In this document: positions 40,915 to 50,009 of the stretch, in pieces | Layout of the letters: each line of letters opens with the position of its first letter | Position numbering within the stretch: position 1 is the stretch's first letter | Source of the DNA: Vicinamibacterales bacterium | GTDB lineage: Bacteria; Acidobacteriota; Vicinamibacteria; Vicinamibacterales; UBA2999 | Reading direction: 5' to 3' | Assembly: GCA_035649395.1 (NCBI GenBank) | Contig: DASRJR010000215.1 | Span: 2,318-66,317, forward strand | Length of the DNA stretch: 64,000 nucleotides | Translations under genes and position numbers: made by a program | Notes under the pieces: generated by a model | Databases searched by the model: none | What the model saw: the letters and a program-made list of their open reading frames with translations, nothing else | What the model was told of the DNA's origin: nothing

Positions 40915-43809
40915 TTGATGATGAAGATCCTTTTCCGACTGTTACTTGCGTCGGTACTCGCGGGGGCGGCTCCAGCCGTGGCGATGGCGCAGGCAGCGCC
41001 GGCGCCGGCGCCCCAGAATCCGGCCAATCAACCGCAAGCCGCAGAACCGGTCGCCATCGACAAGACGGCGTGCGGCACCGAAGTCGGAGCCCCCAGGGCC
41101 CTCCCGCCGGCAGGCTCTCCGCCCTTCGTCTGGATTTGGGAGCCCTGTTTCGCCAGCCAGGGCGGCACGCCAACGATCGAGAGCGACACGTATCTCTACT
41201 GGACCAAGATTAAGGATCTCGTCAGCAAGCCGTCCGAAGGCATCTTCGTCAGCTACGACGACAAGGTCGAGGACACGATGCGGGCGGATTTCAAGTCGCT
41301 GTGGGCGACCAACTTCCTCGACGACCTCAAGATTGAAAAGACCGAGCACACGTTCCCGAACGGGACCGTCGGCGTGATGATCGTCTACCACATGGAGGAG
41401 CGCGAGCGGGTCAAGATCGTCGACTACCGCGATAGCAAAGGCGAGTCGATCAGCATCATCAAGCGCACCGACATCGATCAGAAGCTGCGCGACAAGAACA
41501 TCGAGATGCGTCTCGACTCGTTCCTCGACGAGGGCGCCATTCGCCGGGTCAAGACGACGCTGAGAGAGCTGATGGCGGAGAAAGGATTCACCAACGCCGA
41601 GATCGGCCATAAGGTCACGCCGGTTGCCGGCGGTCCCAAGCTGGTGAACGTGACGTTCTCGGTCGGCGAGGGTCCGAAGATCAAGATCCGCAGTGTCGAC
41701 TTCGCCGGGAATCAGGCGATCAGCGATGGCAAGCTCCAGAAAAAAATGAAAGAGAACAAGCCGAAAGGCTTGCTGGGCTTCATCACCGGTGGCGGCACCT
41801 ACAAGGAGGCCGAATTCGAAGAGGACGCGGCGAAGGTCGTCGAGTATTACCAGAACCAGGGTTATCCGCAGGCGCGGGTTGGCAACCCCGAAATCAAGGT
41901 GGTGGAGGACTCGAAGGACGGCAAGTCACGGTGGGTGGAGCTGCGCATTCCGGTGACGGAAGGGCATCGCTACAAGATGGGCCAGCTGTCGTTCGAGGGA
42001 AACAAGCTGGTCCAAAGTCAGGGTCTGCGGACGCTGTATAAGATCGACCCCGACGAGTGGTACAACCGCAAGAAGCTGCAAGACGGCAACAAGAAGGCGC
42101 AGGAAATCTACGGCAGCCGGGGTTACATGGAGTTCACTCCGTTCCCGGTGCTCAAGTTCAGCGACGACCCGAGCAATCCTGAGACGATGCTCGCGGCGCT
42201 GGTGCCGGCCGCCCTGGCGACGGCGACGCCTGGCACCGATGCGCCGCGCGCCACGGCGAAGGCCGAGGCCAGCAAGACGCCGAGCGTCGACGTCATGATG
42301 CAGATCACCGAGGGGCCTCAGTACTTCGTCAACCGCATCACGTTCACCGGCAACACGACGACGCGCGATAACGTGATCCGACGCGAGATGCGCCTGGTCG
42401 AAGGCGGTGTCTTCGACACCGAAGCGCTCAAGTACAGCGTCCGTCGCTTGAATCAGCTCGGTTACTTCAAGGAGCTCAAGGGCAACGACAGCGACATGAA
42501 GGTCGACAAGACGCCGAACAAGGACAACAACGTCGACGTCACGCTCAAGTTCGAGGAGCAGAATCGCAATCAGCTGACGTTCGGCGCCGGCGTGTCACAG
42601 TACGAGGGCTTGTTCGGTCAGCTGTCGTTCCAGACGTCGAACTTCCTCGGACGCGGCGAGAGCCTGACCGTGTCGATGCAGGCGGGCGACCGCGCGCAGA
42701 ACTATCAGCTCGCGTTCACCGAGCCGTTCCTGTTCGACCGCAACATCACCGGCGGCTTCGATGTCTATAAGCGGTCGCTGCAGTTCGTCGGCTACTACAC
42801 GCAGAAATCAACGGGCGGCAACATGGTGGTCGGGTTCCCGGTCGCCGACTTCAGCCGCATGTTCTTCAACTACTCGTACGAGACGATCAAGATCACCGAC
42901 CTGAGCGAAGCGCTGATCGACACCTCATGTCTGCTGCGCCCGACCGGCTGCTCGGTGCTGTCGTCGGTCAGCAACCTGTCGGAGCTGACGCCGACGCAGC
43001 TGGAGGTGCTGCGCCGCAACCCGTTCATCTACGACTCATTGCTGATCGGTCAGGGCGGCTCGCGCACCATCAGCAAGATCACGCCGAGCTTCGTTCACAA
43101 CACCGTCGACAATCCGATCTTCCCGAACACAGGGCGGCGCTTCACGGCCTCGATGGATCTCGCCGTGCTTGGTGGCAACACCCAGTTCTACAAGCCGTCG
43201 GGTGAGGCGATCTTCTTCAAGCGACATCTGCCGCGCACGTCGGTCGGGTTGCGAGCGCAGGTCCAGTACATCGCGCCGCTCGGCAACACCGAGTCGCTGC
43301 CGATCTTCGAGCGACTCTTCCTCGGCGGTGAGTACAGCGTTCGCGGCTACGACATCCGCTCGATCGGTCCGACCGTGCCCGGGTCGGTTGTCGTGCTCGG
43401 CGGCAACAAGAGCCTGCTGTTCAACGCCGAATACCTCATCTCGATCATGAGCCAGGTGCGTATCGTGCTGTTCTACGACGCCGGTCAGGTGCGTGACGTT
43501 GGACAGTCGTTTGGGTGGAAGGAAGATCTGACGGCGCTCGTCAGCCCGCCGCCCCCGGCCATCACCGATCCGTTCGCCGTGTCCTCGCTGGTCGATCCCA
43601 ACGCACCAGGGGTCACCACGCAGGTCATCGGACAGACGAGCGCGTTCAAGACGTCAACCGGTGTCGAGCTGCGGTTCTTCATGCCGGTCCTGAACGTGCC
43701 GTTCCGATTGATCTACGCGTACAACCCGCAGCGCCTCGGCGTGCTCGACAACCGTTATCAGCCGGCGAAGCAGACGACGTTCCGCTTTGCGGTCGGCACC
43801 ACGTTCTGA
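40915..43809 (+). CDS. bamA: Outer-membrane protein assembly factor BamA
   Basis: Signal peptide, POTRA motifs (GNTTTRDNVIRRE, LGYF), NFLGRG, VRGY loop, terminal GTTF. Confidence 0.95.
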   Translation: MMMKILFRLLLASVLAGAAPAVAMAQAAPAPAPQNPANQPQAAEPVAIDKTACGTEVGAPRALPPAGSPPFVWIWEPCFASQGGTPTIESDTYLYWTKIKDLVSKPSEGIFVSYDDKVEDTMRADFKSLWATNFLDDLKIEKTEHTFPNGTVGVMIVYHMEERERVKIVDYRDSKGESISIIKRTDIDQKLRDKNIEMRLDSFLDEGAIRRVKTTLRELMAEKGFTNAEIGHKVTPVAGGPKLVNVTFSVGEGPKIKIRSVDFAGNQAISDGKLQKKMKENKPKGLLGFITGGGTYKEAEFEEDAAKVVEYYQNQGYPQARVGNPEIKVVEDSKDGKSRWVELRIPVTEGHRYKMGQLSFEGNKLVQSQGLRTLYKIDPDEWYNRKKLQDGNKKAQEIYGSRGYMEFTPFPVLKFSDDPSNPETMLAALVPAALATATPGTDAPRATAKAEASKTPSVDVMMQITEGPQYFVNRITFTGNTTTRDNVIRREMRLVEGGVFDTEALKYSVRRLNQLGYFKELKGNDSDMKVDKTPNKDNNVDVTLKFEEQNRNQLTFGAGVSQYEGLFGQLSFQTSNFLGRGESLTVSMQAGDRAQNYQLAFTEPFLFDRNITGGFDVYKRSLQFVGYYTQKSTGGNMVVGFPVADFSRMFFNYSYETIKITDLSEALIDTSCLLRPTGCSVLSSVSNLSELTPTQLEVLRRNPFIYDSLLIGQGGSRTISKITPSFVHNTVDNPIFPNTGRRFTASMDLAVLGGNTQFYKPSGEAIFFKRHLPRTSVGLRAQVQYIAPLGNTESLPIFERLFLGGEYSVRGYDIRSIGPTVPGSVVVLGGNKSLLFNAEYLISIMSQVRIVLFYDAGQVRDVGQSFGWKEDLTALVSPPPPAITDPFAVSSLVDPNAPGVTTQVIGQTSAFKTSTGVELRFFMPVLNVPFRLIYAYNPQRLGVLDNRYQPAKQTTFRFAVGTTF

Positions 43810-43819
43810 CGATGTGAAA

Positions 43820-43882
43820 GGCTTGAGGCTCTGGGCTTTCGGCTCTCGGCTTGAGGGTTCTAGAGCCCGGAGCCGAGAGCCG
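43820..43882. repeat. Heptamer tandem array with inverted arm (probable bidirectional terminator)
   Basis: GGCTTGA GGCTCTG GGCTTTC GGCTCTC GGCTTGA GGGTTCT then AGAGCCC GGAGCCG AGAGCCG, between convergent genes. Confidence 0.75.
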
Positions 43883-43883
43883 T

Positions 43884-44300
43884 TCAGAAGTGCGTGAGTT
43901 CGATCGTGAAGACCGTCGGCGCGGTGAGGAAGCCGACGTCGTAGACGCGGGCACAGAACTGTCCGGTCTGCTGGGCGGTGCCGACGACGGAGACGTTCAG
44001 CTTTGCCTGGTCATTCGCGATGATGATCTGACACGAGGCACCGTTCCAGGTGCCGATGCTCAGACCGATCGTGATGGTGTCGTCAGGCGCCAACGCGCTC
44101 AGTCTGGCGGTCACCGTTCCTGCGCGATTCGCGGTGAACGGAAACGTCCTGGCGCCGTTGACCGTCAGCGTCTCGCTGAGGTTCTCGGTCACGCTCACCG
44201 CGGAGGGCGGGGTCGGCGTCTCGACGGGATCACTGCCGCACGCAGCGATCGAAAGGGTGAGAAAGGCAAAAACGGCCCAAGACAGTGTGGATCGCGGCAT
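43884..44300 (-). CDS. Putative lipoprotein (beta-rich)
   Basis: SD GAGGAG, signal peptide with lipobox IAA-C, Pro/Thr tether, internal Cys pair. Confidence 0.75.
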   Translation of the reverse strand: MPRSTLSWAVFAFLTLSIAACGSDPVETPTPPSAVSVTENLSETLTVNGARTFPFTANRAGTVTARLSALAPDDTITIGLSIGTWNGASCQIIIANDQAKLNVSVVGTAQQTGQFCARVYDVGFLTAPTVFTIELTHF

Positions 44301-44408
44301 CAGTCCGGCAGTCTCCTCGCGCAGGCAACGGGCAAGAACCATCTTACTTGGCGTCAGTTGGTCGAGTAAAATCATCGGAGTACGTTCCAGCAGAAAGGAC
44401 CTAGTGGA

Positions 44409-45113
44409 ATGAGAGTGTTTGCCATCGCTCTGGCGTTCGGCCTGACGGCCGTCGGCGCGTCGTATGCACAGGCGCCCGCGCCGGCCCCGGGAACGCAGAA
44501 GCCAGCGGCACCCACACCCGCGCCGGCCACACAGAAGCCGGCGGCACCAGCGCCCGCGCCGGGCACCCAGAAGCCAGCACCGGCCCCTGCGCCCGCGCCT
44601 TTAGCGAAGTTCCAGGACGGTTTCAAGTACGCCTACGTGCGTATGGACGTCATCGCCGCCCAATCGGCCGATGGCAGGGCAGCCGCGGACCGGCTCAAGG
44701 GTGAGCAGGAGAAGCGGCAACGCGACCTGCAGGACAAGAATAAGAACTTGCAGGCGATGCAGCAGAAGCTCGATCAGGGCGGCAGTGTGCTCAGCGACGC
44801 GGCACGCTCGCAGCTGCAGAGCGACATTGAGCGCACGCAGCGAGATCTCCAGCGCGCGAGCGAGGACGCGCAGGAAGAGCTGCAGAAGCTCGCGCAGCAG
44901 GTCGAGGACGACTTCACGCGCAAGGTCCTGCCGATGGTCGACAAGGTCGCCAAAGAAAAGCAGGTGCACTTCGTCTTCAACGCCGGACAGAGCGGTCTCG
45001 TCTGGGCCGACCCGGGGATGGACCTGACGAGCGACGTAATTGCCGCGATGAATTCGGGTGGCGGCGCCAAACCGGCAGCGCCCGCGCCCGCGCCCGCACC
45101 GCCGGCCAAGTAG
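44409..45113 (+). CDS. skp: OmpH/Skp periplasmic chaperone with Pro/Ala-rich extensions
   Basis: Signal peptide, three PAPAPGTQKP-like repeats, long coiled coil, DLTSDVI; lies between bamA and fabZ. Confidence 0.88.
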   Translation: MRVFAIALAFGLTAVGASYAQAPAPAPGTQKPAAPTPAPATQKPAAPAPAPGTQKPAPAPAPAPLAKFQDGFKYAYVRMDVIAAQSADGRAAADRLKGEQEKRQRDLQDKNKNLQAMQQKLDQGGSVLSDAARSQLQSDIERTQRDLQRASEDAQEELQKLAQQVEDDFTRKVLPMVDKVAKEKQVHFVFNAGQSGLVWADPGMDLTSDVIAAMNSGGGAKPAAPAPAPAPPAK

Positions 45114-45193
45114 CGCGATCGGATCATCCAGGCGTCGCGGCGCACGGCCCCGGAGCTGCGGCGCCTGGTCCGATGCACCCCGAACAGGTTGCT

Positions 45194-46450
45194 GTGGCAG
45201 TCGATCTACCGGCGCTTCTCGATCGCGTCTACTACCGTTACCCGTCTTTCCTCATAGACGCTATTGCCGAGCACGAGCCGGGTCACCGGCTCGTGGCCGT
45301 CAAGAACGTCACCATCAACGAAGAGTTCTTCCAGGGCCACTTCCCAGGTTCCCCGCTGATGCCGGCGGTGTTGATGATCGAGGCGCTGACGCAAGTGGCG
45401 GCGGCATTGCTTCTGGAGCGTGTCGACGCGCCGCTCGCGGCGCGGGTGTGGCTCCGCGGCGTCAACAACGCCAAGTTCAGAACTCCCGTCGTGCCGGGCG
45501 ACCGGCTGTATCTCGATGTCACCCTTGGGCGCGTGCGCTCGCGTCTTGCGACGGCCCAGGCCTCGGCGGTCGTCAACGGGCAACTGGCGGCCGAGGCCGA
45601 GCTGTTACTCGGGATTGAGCCTCCCCAGGCCACGATCGACCCCACGGCCCACGTTCACGCGGGTGCGGTCGTGGGCGAGGGCACGACGATTGGCCCACAT
45701 GCGGTCATCGGCCCTGATGTCCGTGTCGGCACGCACTGCCAGATCGGCGCCTCGGTCGTGATCGAAGGGTGGACGGAGATCGGCGACGGAACACAGATCT
45801 ATCCGATGGCCTCGATCGGCCTCGCGCCGCAGGATCTGAAATACCGCGGAGAGCGGACCAAGCTGATCGTCGGCCGCAACAACATCTTCCGCGAGTTCGT
45901 CACGATCAACCGCGGAACGATGGGCGGCGGCGGCGAGACGACGATTGGTGACGACAATCTGTTCATGGCGTACGTGCATGTCGCCCACGACTGCCATATC
46001 GGCAGCCACACCATCTTTGGCCCCCACGCCACGCTCGGTGGGCACGTGCACGTCGAGGACTTCGCCAACGTGAGCGCCGGATCGGCCGTGCATCAGTTCT
46101 GCCGCGTCGGCAAGCACGGGTTCATCGGCGGCTACTCGGTGGTCACGAAGGACGCGTTGCCGTTCGGCCGCACGATCGGCAGCCGGCCCGCGCGCATCTT
46201 CGGCGTCAACACGATCGGGTTGTCGCGCCGCGGGTTCACGCCGGCGACCATCAGCCAGCTGCGCTCGGCGTTTAGGTATCTGCTGCAGTCCAAGCTGAAC
46301 ACGACGCGGGCACTGGTGACGATCGAGCAGGACAAGTCGTTGTCGGCGCCGGAGATTCACTATCTGGTCGACTTCATCCGCCACTCGCAGCGCGGGGTCA
46401 TCCTCCGGCGACCGACACGCCGCGCCGAGGAGCTCGTGGCCGACGAGTAG
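45194..46450 (+). CDS. lpxA: Fused FabZ 3-hydroxyacyl-ACP dehydratase and LpxA UDP-GlcNAc acyltransferase (start 45173 or 45194)
   Basis: N-part KNVTINEEFFQGHFP..PLMPAVLMIEA, KFRTPVVPGD; C-part hexapeptide repeats, PQDLKY, HVAHDC, HQF; no internal stop. Confidence 0.93.
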   Translation: MAVDLPALLDRVYYRYPSFLIDAIAEHEPGHRLVAVKNVTINEEFFQGHFPGSPLMPAVLMIEALTQVAAALLLERVDAPLAARVWLRGVNNAKFRTPVVPGDRLYLDVTLGRVRSRLATAQASAVVNGQLAAEAELLLGIEPPQATIDPTAHVHAGAVVGEGTTIGPHAVIGPDVRVGTHCQIGASVVIEGWTEIGDGTQIYPMASIGLAPQDLKYRGERTKLIVGRNNIFREFVTINRGTMGGGGETTIGDDNLFMAYVHVAHDCHIGSHTIFGPHATLGGHVHVEDFANVSAGSAVHQFCRVGKHGFIGGYSVVTKDALPFGRTIGSRPARIFGVNTIGLSRRGFTPATISQLRSAFRYLLQSKLNTTRALVTIEQDKSLSAPEIHYLVDFIRHSQRGVILRRPTRRAEELVADE

Positions 46451-46458
46451 AGGACCGT

Positions 46459-47280
46459 GTGAAGCTCGGCATCATTGCCGGTAACGGCCGCTTTCCGTTT
46501 CTCGTTCTCGAGGCGGCGTGCGCTCAGAAGCACGATGTCACTATCGTCGCGATCAAGGAAGAGACGTTTCCGGAATTGAACGATGCGGCGAAGCGTCAAG
46601 GCGCGGCCATCCACTGGATCTCGCTCGGTCAATTGGGCAGGTGCATCGCTGTCCTCAAAGAGGCCGGTGCGAGCAAGGCGGTGATGGCCGGACAGGTGAA
46701 GCACACGAAGATCTTCGCGGGTGTCGTGCCCGACCGGACGTTTCTCGGCGTGCTCATGAGCCTGACCACCAAGAGCACGGACGGCTTGATCGGTGCGGTG
46801 GCCAGGGTGATGAAGGATCACGGCATCGACTTGATCGATTCGACGACGCTGCTGTCACCGCTGCTGGCGAGGTCTGGCGTGCTCACGCGCCGCGAGCCGA
46901 CGGCGGACGAACAGCGCGACTTCGAGTTCGGCTATCGGATCGCCGACGCAATCGCGGGGCTGGACGTTGGACAGACGATTGCGGTGAAGCACTTGGCCGT
47001 CGTCGCTGTCGAAGCGATGGAAGGCACCGACGAAGTGATCGGGCGCGCCGGGCATCTAGCCGGGCCGGGGGTTCGGCTCATCAAGGTTGCCAAGCCGAAT
47101 CAGGACATGCGCTTCGACGTGCCGGTGATCGGCTTCGCCACGATTCAGGCGATGCGGGTCGCGGGGGTGAGCGCGCTCTCGATCGATGCCGGCAAGACGC
47201 TGGTGCTCGATGGCGACGCCGTGTTTGCCTCGGCCAACGAAGCCGGGATCACGATCGTGGGACGGCCACGCCCCTCATGA
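46459..47280 (+). CDS. lpxI: UDP-2,3-diacylglucosamine diphosphatase LpxI
   Basis: LGIIAGNG.FP, DVGQT, EAMEGTD, KP.QDMRFDVPVIG. Confidence 0.92.
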   Translation: MKLGIIAGNGRFPFLVLEAACAQKHDVTIVAIKEETFPELNDAAKRQGAAIHWISLGQLGRCIAVLKEAGASKAVMAGQVKHTKIFAGVVPDRTFLGVLMSLTTKSTDGLIGAVARVMKDHGIDLIDSTTLLSPLLARSGVLTRREPTADEQRDFEFGYRIADAIAGLDVGQTIAVKHLAVVAVEAMEGTDEVIGRAGHLAGPGVRLIKVAKPNQDMRFDVPVIGFATIQAMRVAGVSALSIDAGKTLVLDGDAVFASANEAGITIVGRPRPS

Positions 47281-48215
47281 CGAAGCTGCGCGTCGCCGTC
47301 GTCGGGGTCGGACACCTGGGTCAGCATCACGCGCGGCTGCTGTCGGCGATGGACGACGTCGAGCTCGTCGGCGTGGTCGATACGAAGCCGGGCCGAGCGG
47401 AAGAGGTCGCGGTAAAGTACGGCACCCGCGCGTTCAACGCCGCCGATCTCAATGGGACCGTCGACGCGGTCACGATTGCCGTTCCGACGATCTCTCACGT
47501 CCACGTGGCGCTCCCGTTCATCGACCAGGGCATCGCTGTCCTCGTCGAGAAGCCGCTCGCGGCATCGATGAAGGAAGCCGATCACCTCGTCGACGCGGCC
47601 GCGCGAAAAGGGGTGACGCTGGCCGCCGGACATACCGAGCGTTTCAATCCGGCCGTCGCTGCCGTGCTCCCGCTGGTCACGGATCCGCGGTTCGTCGAGA
47701 TCCATCGGCTGGGCGCCTTCCCTGAGCGCAGCCTCGACATCGACGTGATCTTCGATCTGATGATTCATGACCTCGATCTGCTGCTCGCCTCCGTCCGCTC
47801 CGACGTCGTCGGTGTGGAAGCAATCGGGGTCAACGTGCTGACGCCGCGGACCGACATCGCGAACGCGAGACTGCGATTTGCCTCGGGGTGTGTCGCCAAT
47901 GTCACTGCCAGCCGGATCAGCCGGGATCGCGTGCGGAAGGTGCGTTTCTTTCAGCACGATTCGTATGTGTCGGTCGACTACGCGACGCAGGAAGTCGAGG
48001 TGTATCGGCTGGCGGCCGACGCCGACGGTGCGGGGCGGCCGGTGATTCAAGGCGGCAAGCTCGACATCGCGAACGAGGAGCCGCTCAAACGCGAGCTGGC
48101 CGATTTCGTCGACGCGGTACGGACGCGCCGAGAGCCAGGCGTGTCCGGCCGTGCCGGGCGTGATGCGCTCGCGCTGGCGACGCGAGTGGCCGAGGCGATG
48201 AGCAGTTCAGTGTAG
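47277..48215 (+). CDS. Gfo/Idh/MocA oxidoreductase (GnnA-like position)
   Basis: GVGHLG, EKP, GHTERFNP, DLMIHDLD; ATGA overlap with lpxI. Confidence 0.88.
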   Translation: MTKLRVAVVGVGHLGQHHARLLSAMDDVELVGVVDTKPGRAEEVAVKYGTRAFNAADLNGTVDAVTIAVPTISHVHVALPFIDQGIAVLVEKPLAASMKEADHLVDAAARKGVTLAAGHTERFNPAVAAVLPLVTDPRFVEIHRLGAFPERSLDIDVIFDLMIHDLDLLLASVRSDVVGVEAIGVNVLTPRTDIANARLRFASGCVANVTASRISRDRVRKVRFFQHDSYVSVDYATQEVEVYRLAADADGAGRPVIQGGKLDIANEEPLKRELADFVDAVRTRREPGVSGRAGRDALALATRVAEAMSSSV

Positions 48216-48240
48216 AGCGGGCCGGGTTCTTTAGGCCCGC
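48212..48240 (+). repeat. GTAG-type REP-like palindrome overlapping a stop codon
   Basis: GTAG-A-GCGGGCC...GGCCCGC. Confidence 0.6.
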
Positions 48241-48291
48241 CGCGTACCGTGGCGTGAGTGCGTTTGTTTGCACCAGTTCGTTAGTTCGAAC

Positions 48292-49191
48292 ATGAACACA
48301 TCGACGACGTTCGACCGTTACATGGAGCGCATCGAGGCCGGCGAGGCGCTGGCGCCCGCCGAAATCCAGGAGCTGGCAACGACGCCTGACATCCTGCCGC
48401 TCGGCATGTTGGCCGATACCTGGCGCCGACGGCGCTCTGGCGCGCGCGCCACCTTTCTGCGTGTTGAAACCGTCCCGATCGATGCGGCGTTCGACGAGCC
48501 GCTGCCGCCGATGGCGCGTGAGATCAGGATTACGGGTTCGCCAGTGGACTTGCCATCGGCCGTCACGAGCGTGTCTCGCGCGAAGACGGCGGCAGGGGAG
48601 CGCACGGTGTCCGCTTTCTCGTGGAGCGACGTCGAACGCCTCGGCGACGGTGAGTCTGGCGGGGTTGCCGGAGTGTTGACGTCGTTGCGTGCCGCCGGCC
48701 TCGATTCGATCGCCGATCTGCCGATGGACCGGATCGCCGATCTCGACGCGGCCGTTCGCGATCTCGTGACGGCGGGGTTCAGTCGTCTGCGTCTGACGAT
48801 CGACAAGCTGGCCGCGGCCGACCGTACGGGGCTGTTCGTCCGCGCCAGCCACCTGCACGAACGCTACGCCTGTATCCAGTTGATCAGCCCACTGCCGATG
48901 ACGCTCGCAACGTTTCGCCCTACCACCGGTTACGAGGACGTGAAGACCGTAGCGATCGCGCGGCTTGCCGCGCCTGAGGTGCCGAGCATCCAAGTCGATT
49001 GGCAGCGATACGGGCCCAAGTTGGCGCAGGTCGCGCTGACGTTTGGCGCCGACGACATCGACGGGATTTCCGCCTCGGAGGACGCCCCCGCGGGGAGGCG
49101 CCGAGCGCCGCTCGAGGAGATTCGTCGCAACATCGAGGCCGCCGGCTACACCCCGGTCGAGCGTGACGGCCGGTTCGCCCCACTCGCCTGA
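48292..49191 (+). CDS. MqnE/CofH-like protein lacking the radical-SAM CxxxCxxC motif
   Basis: Aligns by eye with the MqnC in this window (AAGLDSI; TTGYEDVKTVAIARL; AQVALTFGADDIDG; NIEAAGYTPVERD) but contains only one Cys. Confidence 0.8.
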   Translation: MNTSTTFDRYMERIEAGEALAPAEIQELATTPDILPLGMLADTWRRRRSGARATFLRVETVPIDAAFDEPLPPMAREIRITGSPVDLPSAVTSVSRAKTAAGERTVSAFSWSDVERLGDGESGGVAGVLTSLRAAGLDSIADLPMDRIADLDAAVRDLVTAGFSRLRLTIDKLAAADRTGLFVRASHLHERYACIQLISPLPMTLATFRPTTGYEDVKTVAIARLAAPEVPSIQVDWQRYGPKLAQVALTFGADDIDGISASEDAPAGRRRAPLEEIRRNIEAAGYTPVERDGRFAPLA

Positions 49192-50006
49192 TGCCGGCTT
49201 CGGTCGAACACACGCGGCGGCCGCTGCGCATTGGTGCGGTCGGCTATCTGAACGCACGACCGTTGACGTGGGCACTCGATCGCGAGCCGTCACGCTGGCG
49301 AGTTCGCTACGACGTGCCATCGGTGTGTGCCTCGCTGCTGCACGCCGATGAGGTCGACCTGGGTCTCGTACCGTCCGTGGAGTACCTGCAGTCACCGGAC
49401 TATCGGATGATTCCGGGTGTCGGCGTCGGCTCGCGCGGGCCGATCGCTTCAGTCGCGCTCTATACGACTCGGCCGGTTGCCGACGTCAGATCGATTGCGC
49501 TCGACACGAGCTCGCGAACATCCGTGGCACTCATCCAGGTGCTATGCCACCACCACTTTCGGATTCGCCCGGAATTCGTCTCACACCGGCCCGACCTTGC
49601 CGCGATGGTGCGGGCCGCCGACGCGGCGCTGCTGATCGGCGATCCTGCGTTCGATGCCGAGCACGAGGCGCTCGGACTGCAGAAGGTCGATTTGGGCGAG
49701 GAATGGACTCGGCTGAGCGGTCTGCCGTTCATCTATGCGGCGTGGACCGGGCGGACCGGTGTTGCAGATGCCGCGGATGTCAGCGCGTTGCAGGAGGCGC
49801 AGGCCGAAGGTGTCCGGGCGTCCGAGGCGATCGCCGCCGAATACGGGCGCGGCGATGCGAGGCGCACGGCCAGAGCCGCAGCGTACCTAAGGGATAATGT
49901 GAAATACGGTATCGGAGCGGATGAAGCCCGAGGACTGCAGTTGTTCCTGGACTACGCCGCGGATCTCGGCTTGGCTCCGGCACGCCGACGGCTGGAATTC
50001 TTCTGA
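49191..50006 (+). CDS. mqnA: Chorismate dehydratase MqnA (futalosine pathway)
   Basis: IGAVGYLNARPL, SSRTSV, LLIGD.A, DLGEEW, LPFIYAAW. Confidence 0.9.
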   Translation: MPASVEHTRRPLRIGAVGYLNARPLTWALDREPSRWRVRYDVPSVCASLLHADEVDLGLVPSVEYLQSPDYRMIPGVGVGSRGPIASVALYTTRPVADVRSIALDTSSRTSVALIQVLCHHHFRIRPEFVSHRPDLAAMVRAADAALLIGDPAFDAEHEALGLQKVDLGEEWTRLSGLPFIYAAWTGRTGVADAADVSALQEAQAEGVRASEAIAAEYGRGDARRTARAAAYLRDNVKYGIGADEARGLQLFLDYAADLGLAPARRRLEFF

Positions 50007-50009
50007 CAT

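Noticed and set aside
44472..44600. 36-nt tandem repeat in skp as a mobile or contingency locus
   Set aside because: Copies differ at synonymous positions and simply encode a Pro/Ala linker
46518..47276. 565-aa ORF as a long N-terminally extended oxidoreductase
   Set aside because: The extension is an alternative frame over lpxI; the real start is ATG 47277 with an ATGA overlap
48440..48540. Frameshift hiding the CxxxCxxC motif of the MqnE-like gene
   Set aside because: I saw no such motif in the other forward frames, and homology continues in one frame on both sides of the gap
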